Made by a program: the position numbers and the translations under genes
IMG/VR virus record: IMGVR_UViG_3300035101_000063
DNA: 64,000 bases
From: a virus
Strand: one strand, 5' to 3'
In this document: in pieces, positions 57,397 through 64,000 of the stretch
Position numbering within the stretch: position 1 is the first letter of the stretch
Layout: each line of letters opens with the position of its first letter
Notes under the pieces: model-generated
What the model saw: only the letters and a program-made list of their open reading frames with translations
What the model was told of the DNA's origin: nothing
The model's database searches: none

Positions 57397-57981
57397 TCAC
57401 GAACTCGAGTTCGTTTCTGTTTCTATTGGCGAAATTGGCGGATTAGGAACAATAATTTTATCATCATAAAACATTTTAGTAGTAATAATAGTAGCTAATA
57501 CAATACCTACTACAAAAACAAGAATCATCCAAGGTAACATTTTTATCAACAAAAGCTTAACAGGTATTTGATTAAGCATCGCATCATCAACAGCTTTCTT
57601 CATCCTCAATGCATGAATATCTAAAACTCCACTATCTTCATTTGTTTTAGACAAAATCATATCTTTAAAAGCTATAAGACGATTCAACTGTTTCTTTATT
57701 CCACTAATATCATCTGATGCATTACACAAATCCTGTTTTCTCTCAACACTTCTTATTCTAACATCATGATCTTTTATCGTTTTCTTATTATCATCAACCT
57801 TCTCTCCTTGTGCTTCTAGAAAAGTCTGTGTCTCTATAGCAATTCTCTCTAATGACTGAAGAGTAATAGTTTGACGTTTAGTAACTTCTGATAAATCCTC
57901 ATATAGAGTTCCTAAATATCGGATATCATATTCATCACTCTTTTTCGACATCTTTTTGTTCTCTCCAAGATGACGTTTCAC
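57397..57981 (-). CDS. coiled-coil membrane protein; C-terminus encoded by palindrome copy 10
   Basis: 194 aa; one TM segment; ends ...ETETNSSS, translated from the palindrome at 57399-57414. Confidence 0.5.
   Translation of the reverse strand: MKRHLGENKKMSKKSDEYDIRYLGTLYEDLSEVTKRQTITLQSLERIAIETQTFLEAQGEKVDDNKKTIKDHDVRIRSVERKQDLCNASDDISGIKKQLNRLIAFKDMILSKTNEDSGVLDIHALRMKKAVDDAMLNQIPVKLLLIKMLPWMILVFVVGIVLATIITTKMFYDDKIIVPNPPISPIETETNSSS
57399..57414. repeat. palindrome ACGAACTCGAGTTCGT (copy 10)
   Basis: Overlaps the last codons of 57397..57981; 20 bp upstream of the start of 57113..57379. Confidence 0.9.
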
Positions 57982-58264
57982 TAACTAAATTACTTAAAAT
58001 TTCACAAATCTGACTCTGTTGCTCATTCATTTCTTTAATTAAAACAACCATATTATTTTGGCTATCAGTAATTTGCTTTTGAATATCAAAAAAATTAGTA
58101 GGTACCATCCAGGCATAAGAGCCATCAGAATTCCTAACATCATGCATCTTATATATTTTATAAACAATTACTAAAGTAGAAATACTAACAACCGTTAAAA
58201 TAAATACAGATATAATCAAAATTACTGGGTCAACAAAAATTACAGTTTCAAAATTTTTAGTCAT
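57935..58264 (-). CDS. small membrane protein
   Basis: 109 aa with one TM. Confidence 0.45.
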   Translation of the reverse strand: MTKNFETVIFVDPVILIISVFILTVVSISTLVIVYKIYKMHDVRNSDGSYAWMVPTNFFDIQKQITDSQNNMVVLIKEMNEQQSQICEILSNLVSETSSWREQKDVEKE

Positions 58265-58356
58265 GATATTCTCCTGATTTTTAAATATATTACAAACATA
58301 TACAAAATACTACATATACAAATATACTACAATTTCAAAATTACCATGTCCAAAAA

Positions 58357-58977
58357 CTATGTTACACGCTTTCTATAATATACTGATTCCATTGATGGAT
58401 TTCCATTTTCATCAAATAAATCAAATCTTACTACCTCTGTAACACCGTCTGTTTCAAAAAAAATCATCTGATTATTTATTATTCGCCAATCACCCTCCTC
58501 TATATTTAAAACTTTTGTTAAATATTCACCAAGAGGTGTATCATTCCAAACACCTTCCGGAATACTCTCATCAAGACCCGTCATCAACTTATCATGTTCA
58601 TCCTGAGTAAGTGCCGTACCTCCTGTTTGTACTATCGTCGAAGAAACAGCTTGAAGAACCATAACCTGAACATTAGGAGTATATGCAATAGGATCACCAT
58701 CTAATCCACCAGTAAGATTTCCACCCTTAACTACAGCAACATAAGCACCATCCCAAAATCTTAATTGCCATGGAGAATATAAAGTCAATGTTATACCAGT
58801 AGTAATATCTTCATCCAATAAATCTTTCCCAGTAGCAAAACATATTTCATCATAATTCATACCAACAGGAGACTGCATAATATCACTAAGAAAATCATAT
58901 AAATCCTGGACAATAACCTCAACTTGAGGAGCCAAAATATGAATCAAATGATTATGCCAGTCTACATAATAAGACAT
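58357..58977 (-). CDS. hypothetical protein
   Basis: 206-aa ORF. Confidence 0.5.
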   Translation of the reverse strand: MSYYVDWHNHLIHILAPQVEVIVQDLYDFLSDIMQSPVGMNYDEICFATGKDLLDEDITTGITLTLYSPWQLRFWDGAYVAVVKGGNLTGGLDGDPIAYTPNVQVMVLQAVSSTIVQTGGTALTQDEHDKLMTGLDESIPEGVWNDTPLGEYLTKVLNIEEGDWRIINNQMIFFETDGVTEVVRFDLFDENGNPSMESVYYRKRVT

Positions 58978-59363
58978 TATTTTTTGCTTACCTTGCCATT
59001 ATCTTTTATCTTTCCAGTTAAAGAATTACTTCCAGTCAAACTTTTTAATATATCCTCACTAGCTTCTATTAATAAATCATATGATTCAATTAAATTTTCA
59101 AATCGCTCTTTATTAACTTCAATTTTATCCATTATATCATCTCTATTATCCTTATCTATTTCTCCATCATAATAAATCTGGTCAACATATTCATACTGAA
59201 TAGAACACGCTTCACGCATTTCAATATATTTCAAACGTTCTTTTTTAAGAGATCTAACCTCTTCTATACTTTGTTCAATAGTATCAGTTTTATCAATATT
59301 AGAAGCTCTTAATTTTTTTCTAATATTCTCATCCTTATCTTTATTTTTTATTTTTATTCTCAT
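58977..59363 (-). CDS. hypothetical coiled-coil protein
   Basis: 128-aa ORF. Confidence 0.45.
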   Translation of the reverse strand: MRIKIKNKDKDENIRKKLRASNIDKTDTIEQSIEEVRSLKKERLKYIEMREACSIQYEYVDQIYYDGEIDKDNRDDIMDKIEVNKERFENLIESYDLLIEASEDILKSLTGSNSLTGKIKDNGKVSKK

Positions 59364-59365
59364 AA

Positions 59366-59692
59366 CTATACTATAGATGTCAATCTTTTCATTGCATTAC
59401 TATATATCGTCATTTTCCTTCTGTTCTCACACATCAAATCATCAACTTTTCGTTCTTCAACCGGAATCATTTCAAGTTGAGATTTCAATGCAGTTTTGTC
59501 ATATTCACTACCATTCAAAAGACGATTTAAATTATCTCTTCGTCTAGATAAATGATGTTTTACCTTTTCCAACTCTAAAAAATCATTTTCTAGACATGAC
59601 AAAACAGATGCAACTCTTTTTATCTCTACAATATTTATATTTTTATCCATTATAAACCGTATCAGGATTCCTAACAGCAACAGTTTCACCAC
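59366..59692 (-). CDS. hypothetical protein (true start possibly the ATG at 59650)
   Basis: 108-aa ORF; the upstream 14 codons overlap the preceding gene, and the internal ATG at 59648-59650 gives an ATGGATAA overlap. Confidence 0.45.
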   Translation of the reverse strand: MVKLLLLGILIRFIMDKNINIVEIKRVASVLSCLENDFLELEKVKHHLSRRRDNLNRLLNGSEYDKTALKSQLEMIPVEERKVDDLMCENRRKMTIYSNAMKRLTSIV

Positions 59693-62114
59693 CAGTAGCA
59701 GGAATCGTTACCTCTGATGTAAATGGCTCAATTTTAACTGATGCACCAGATGTATTTCTAACTCTTGTTCTTCCATAAATAGGAGAAACAAAAACCATCG
59801 AAGCACTTACTGTTGTACCAGATGTAACAAACGTTAAAATAATAGGAACAAATATATAATCACTAGATGTAACCGTTATAGGAACAGCATTAACCTCAAA
59901 TGAATCTCCAGTAGTCTGTCCAACTATTGGATAATTTGGGTCAAGTTGAACTTCATCATTACTTGTAACCTCTGATATATAAGATACTTCGTCTCTAGTA
60001 ACATTATAAATCAAGTCTCCAACTTCAGAAGATGAAAATGCACCAACAGCAACAATCGTTGTTGAATTGGTTCCTGCTTCTGCTGTATCAGCAAAATTTG
60101 CCAAAATAAATTGCGAACCAGACCAAGAAGAATATCTTAATATATATTCAGCATTATTTTCACTAGCATCAATAAGAACCAATCTTCCTCCAGCTGTTTT
60201 CCCTGGAGTATCAACGGTTACAGACCCACTCACATCTAATGTACTATCACCAGGTGTTTCCCCTCCAGCAGCGGAATACTCTGTTTTGTTTATATTTCCA
60301 CCTTGAGATAACAACCTGTAAACTCCAACCCAATCATATGGTGCAACATTCGAAACAGTCATAGATGTAGAAGTTGGCCTTGATCTAGTTACTCCATTTG
60401 AATCTTTTAGCTGAAAATAATTCTCTTCTGAACTTTTATAATCAGAAATTAAAACCCCAACAGACCCAAAGAAAATACCACCAGCTAATGTTCCAAACGG
60501 ACATTCAGAAATAGGAGTAATTGTTGAAACAGTAGTTCCACTTGCTGGTATATAATTACCTACATCAACCTGAATTTGCTCTCCATCTATAAAAGTACCC
60601 CTTGTATTTCTAAGAAGTATAACCTTATTAGTTGTATCATGAGATAGAACTAAACCAATAGCACCAGAAGTAACTCCAGTTACTGAATCCCCTTCGTCTA
60701 CAGTACCTGTAACTGTTCCAGTATAATTTACTCTATATGTGACACCAATATACTCTTGACCATCAAGATCATCCAAATTATATGTGGAACCTCTTCTGCA
60801 TACATATTTCATATACTCATAAAATTGAGCTAAACTTGCTTGATTTAAATCCCATGTTATACTATATGGCTCATCTGAACCATCATCATCAATATCGGCT
60901 GTAACCGCAGTAAAAGCAACTGTTGGTAAAACATTTCCATCAAACCAAGTGGTTAATGCTGGACCTTGATTAGCAACAGATCCAGACCCAGTTGCTGCAC
61001 CAGTATCATCCTCATTTGTAATTGCTTCAGACCCATTAAAGGCTATAAATGGGTCTCCTACATAATAAAAATGCAACGTTGGGGTAGGATTAGTACCTGA
61101 AACAAGAGTTATTATACCTCTTGCACCTGATGTATCTCCTGAAATTTCATCTCCAATATTCCAATTACCAGACCCTCCAGAAAGAGTAATACTTGCATAT
61201 CCAGTAGAATTATTAGAATCTGTGCTAGAAGACAATGGAGCAGAAACATTACCTCCTGAAGTTGTATTCATTCTAATTTCAACAAATGAATATCCACTTG
61301 TGTAACATCTAGCATAAACCGTCAAATAACCACTATCTATAACTGGAAAATTATCTGTAGTATAATCTGTTATGGGAATAGCTCTATCCAAATGACCATC
61401 TTCCCACCAATCTTGATTTGTCTGATCAAAAGATGTAACACGCTCACCATTTTGATAAAGGTAAATATGAGTATCAGATAAAATTCCACCCTGCGTATAT
61501 ACATTTCCCCAAATCATCTCTCCTGTAACAGAAACCGCCGATTGAGTTGCTGTATGTGCATTACAAGTCAAAGTTCCACTACTACTGTCAAAATTATTCG
61601 CAGCAGCGCTAGAATCAGGTCTTACAAACAAATAATCTGTTGTACCACCTGGAACAACAACATCTAATAATATACCAGCATCTCCATCTGTATGAGTTAT
61701 TGCATTTCCAACATCACCTAATACTATATTATTACTAGCATTTGTAACAGGAACAACAACTATACCAGTATTACTATCAACTATTCTTTTCCATCCTGAT
61801 GTCTTTAAAGCACATCCAGTAAAATTCTCATAATCACCTATTATATGCTGCATAGTTCTCAAATCTATAAACCATGGCTCAGCATCTGCAGCATCAATTT
61901 TACCAATTGTATATTCACCAGGTGTTTCAGCTGAAAAAATAACCCCATCATCCATTTGAGGAGCAGAAGAAAATAAATCCTGCATCGCAGAATAAATATC
62001 AATCATCTTCTGTGTATCTGCTTTAGTACTACCACCACTCCATGTAATCTGTTTTCTTCTATTTTCAGACAAATAATAAATTGTTAAATCACCTGACAAA
62101 ATTGTATTACTCAT
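59643..62114 (-). CDS. large Thr/Ser/Gly-rich structural (fibre-like) protein
   Basis: 823-aa ORF. Confidence 0.55.
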   Translation of the reverse strand: MSNTILSGDLTIYYLSENRRKQITWSGGSTKADTQKMIDIYSAMQDLFSSAPQMDDGVIFSAETPGEYTIGKIDAADAEPWFIDLRTMQHIIGDYENFTGCALKTSGWKRIVDSNTGIVVVPVTNASNNIVLGDVGNAITHTDGDAGILLDVVVPGGTTDYLFVRPDSSAAANNFDSSSGTLTCNAHTATQSAVSVTGEMIWGNVYTQGGILSDTHIYLYQNGERVTSFDQTNQDWWEDGHLDRAIPITDYTTDNFPVIDSGYLTVYARCYTSGYSFVEIRMNTTSGGNVSAPLSSSTDSNNSTGYASITLSGGSGNWNIGDEISGDTSGARGIITLVSGTNPTPTLHFYYVGDPFIAFNGSEAITNEDDTGAATGSGSVANQGPALTTWFDGNVLPTVAFTAVTADIDDDGSDEPYSITWDLNQASLAQFYEYMKYVCRRGSTYNLDDLDGQEYIGVTYRVNYTGTVTGTVDEGDSVTGVTSGAIGLVLSHDTTNKVILLRNTRGTFIDGEQIQVDVGNYIPASGTTVSTITPISECPFGTLAGGIFFGSVGVLISDYKSSEENYFQLKDSNGVTRSRPTSTSMTVSNVAPYDWVGVYRLLSQGGNINKTEYSAAGGETPGDSTLDVSGSVTVDTPGKTAGGRLVLIDASENNAEYILRYSSWSGSQFILANFADTAEAGTNSTTIVAVGAFSSSEVGDLIYNVTRDEVSYISEVTSNDEVQLDPNYPIVGQTTGDSFEVNAVPITVTSSDYIFVPIILTFVTSGTTVSASMVFVSPIYGRTRVRNTSGASVKIEPFTSEVTIPATGGETVAVRNPDTVYNG

Positions 62115-62123
62115 ATATGTCTC

Positions 62124-64000
62124 CTAATTCAGGACAAGACTTTCTTGAATTGTCACTTTTAAATCAAAACCAGTAGACCTAATTGTACCAGTAGTACTAA
62201 ATGGCTTATATCTAGGGTCATCTATATCTTCTGATTTTCTGCATCTAATTATTATCGCAATATCTGATGAATACACAAATTCTTCGGTTGCAACACCTAA
62301 TACATTGGTATCTTTATTCATTAACTGCTGACCATTATCCTGTCTAAAAATAGCAGTTTGTACACCACTTATTGGGTCTTGATTCTTATCAACAACCGTT
62401 ATTGTCAAATCAACTACTGTCTGGTCAATAGAATATAAATTAGCTTCTTGTACGGCAATACTAGTAGTAGTTTCTGTGATAAACAGAAACATATCCGTTA
62501 CGTCATTCGTAGCAGTAAATCTATATTTCAATTTTATTCCGCTTGAAATGCCGCTTATTCCGGTCCAATTGCCTACTGTTCTTGCATTCAACCAACTTCC
62601 ACTCCAACCGCTTCCTGTGTCGTATTGAAATTCTACTGTAACGTCCGTCCATTCATCTGTTCCCCAAGAAATAGCTCCTGAACCTAACATGGATGTTATA
62701 TTACCGGTAAACGAAATATGGCCTTTTGAAAAATAACTTTGTTCTACTTCTATCACATCTCCATTGGACATATTCAAAGAACCATCACCATTGAATTCGG
62801 GATTACCACTAACTATAGTTATATAATTATTATCATCAGAAGGTGGTATTAATGCACAAACAATAAATCCCGATGTATCAGATTTAAATCCATCGTGAAT
62901 TTGTACACCAATATCGCCAGGATAAGATGCGTTTATGCCGCCTGGCGCTCCAATGCTTCCAGAACCAGCATGTAAACCTTTTACAACCGTATCCACCCCA
63001 GCAATATCGAATGTTTGGTCATAATCGTAACTACAATTACCAATCAAAGTTCCTATTGCTGTTGTTGGAAGAGGGGCTGAAAAATTATAATTAGAATTTT
63101 CAGCCCATATCCTAGATATATCTATGTCAACACAACTTCCTACAAGAGTAAATAATTCCCGACTTTTATTATTCATATCATCAGGAGAGTCTATTCTTCC
63201 TAAACACCTAAATTTTATTCTATTACAATCGGTGAAATAAAATACTCTATAACCTGCTGGTCCCAATGTTTTCCAACCACACAAATATACGTCTTTAGCG
63301 TTTTCCATTGCGATTGCGTTAGTTGTTAAAGTGGGATTTTGGTAATCTTGGGAAGACGCAGCAATAATATTTGTTACCGTGGCATCATTCGTATCTCTAA
63401 GAACTAAAACCTTAGCATTAGAATGTATATCTGCAGATATTCCAACGCAATTATCTATAGTAAAATTTTCACACCTTCCAGCGTAATAACAAAATAAATA
63501 CGTATTCGCTCCATAAGCATTTCCGCCCAATACGGAAATACAATTCTTTATTAATATATTAGATGAAGTATTTGCTCCAAGGTACATCCAATAAGCATAT
63601 GCTTGTACAGCTAAACAATCTATTATATCAGCACCATTACCGCAATCAACAACGCCTATTGCGGAATTTGAATTTGACGCCAATGCAAACGGATCATTTA
63701 TTACAACACAATTATTATATATGGATTTTTGTAAACACGCAGCAGAACCTAAAGATACAGATGCCCCAACATAATCAGCATAGTAATAATAAGCACCAGA
63801 AGTACCAAAAAAAGAACTGCCAATATTACAAATACTCAATTCAACCTTTCCAGCTCCTGACATAATTATTTCATATCTGTTATTTTCGAAATTACTCCCA
63901 TCTTGATAAGTATTTCCACTTGTATAATTTGCAATATCTGATGTAGAAAAATGTACGTTTGGTACCTTTACATCACATCCACTGGGAGGAACAAATCCAC
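62124..64000 (-). CDS. beta-helix (pectin-lyase-fold) tailspike/depolymerase-like protein, N-terminus beyond window end
   Basis: Repetitive NCxxI/NIxxAS beta-helix-rung segments. The frame stays open upstream of the annotated Met (63863) to position 64000, so the gene likely starts outside the window. Confidence 0.55.
   Translation of the reverse strand, partial: GFVPPSGCDVKVPNVHFSTSDIANYTSGNTYQDGSNFENNRYEIIMSGAGKVELSICNIGSSFFGTSGAYYYYADYVGASVSLGSAACLQKSIYNNCVVINDPFALASNSNSAIGVVDCGNGADIIDCLAVQAYAYWMYLGANTSSNILIKNCISVLGGNAYGANTYLFCYYAGRCENFTIDNCVGISADIHSNAKVLVLRDTNDATVTNIIAASSQDYQNPTLTTNAIAMENAKDVYLCGWKTLGPAGYRVFYFTDCNRIKFRCLGRIDSPDDMNNKSRELFTLVGSCVDIDISRIWAENSNYNFSAPLPTTAIGTLIGNCSYDYDQTFDIAGVDTVVKGLHAGSGSIGAPGGINASYPGDIGVQIHDGFKSDTSGFIVCALIPPSDDNNYITIVSGNPEFNGDGSLNMSNGDVIEVEQSYFSKGHISFTGNITSMLGSGAISWGTDEWTDVTVEFQYDTGSGWSGSWLNARTVGNWTGISGISSGIKLKYRFTATNDVTDMFLFITETTTSIAVQEANLYSIDQTVVDLTITVVDKNQDPISGVQTAIFRQDNGQQLMNKDTNVLGVATEEFVYSSDIAIIIRCRKSEDIDDPRYKPFSTTGTIRSTGFDLKVTIQESLVLN

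Overview
AT-rich window (roughly one-third G+C by eye) that reads as a segment of a large contractile-tailed phage or prophage. Almost every gene is on the minus strand. From left to right: two tRNA genes; small cysteine-rich ORFs; a compact type I-C CRISPR-Cas locus, cas5c-cas8c-cas7c plus two CRISPR arrays with 36-bp I-C-like repeats, with no cas3 and no cas1/cas2/cas4 anywhere in the window; an accessory region of small zinc-finger and secreted repeat proteins; a tandem array of six pentapeptide-repeat paralogs; and a compositionally distinct, higher-GC island carrying an SNF2-family helicase. A long structural module follows: papain-like peptidase, GT25 glycosyltransferase, very large fibre-like proteins, a P2/Mu-like baseplate (J, W, V spike, D hub, LysM X), tape measure, two tail-tube paralogs, tail sheath and a beta-helix tailspike-like protein that runs off the window end. 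A short plus-strand insert encodes a zinc-ribbon protein and a stand-alone response-regulator receiver domain, opposite a divergent ribbon-helix-helix gene. The intergenic spaces are highly structured: a recurring extended -35 motif GTTGACAAAC, a 14-16-bp perfect palindrome CGAACTCGAGTTCG present ten times at gene junctions, and a duplicated promoter plus 5'UTR hairpin cassette. All protein calls are from motif recognition by eye, with no database search.
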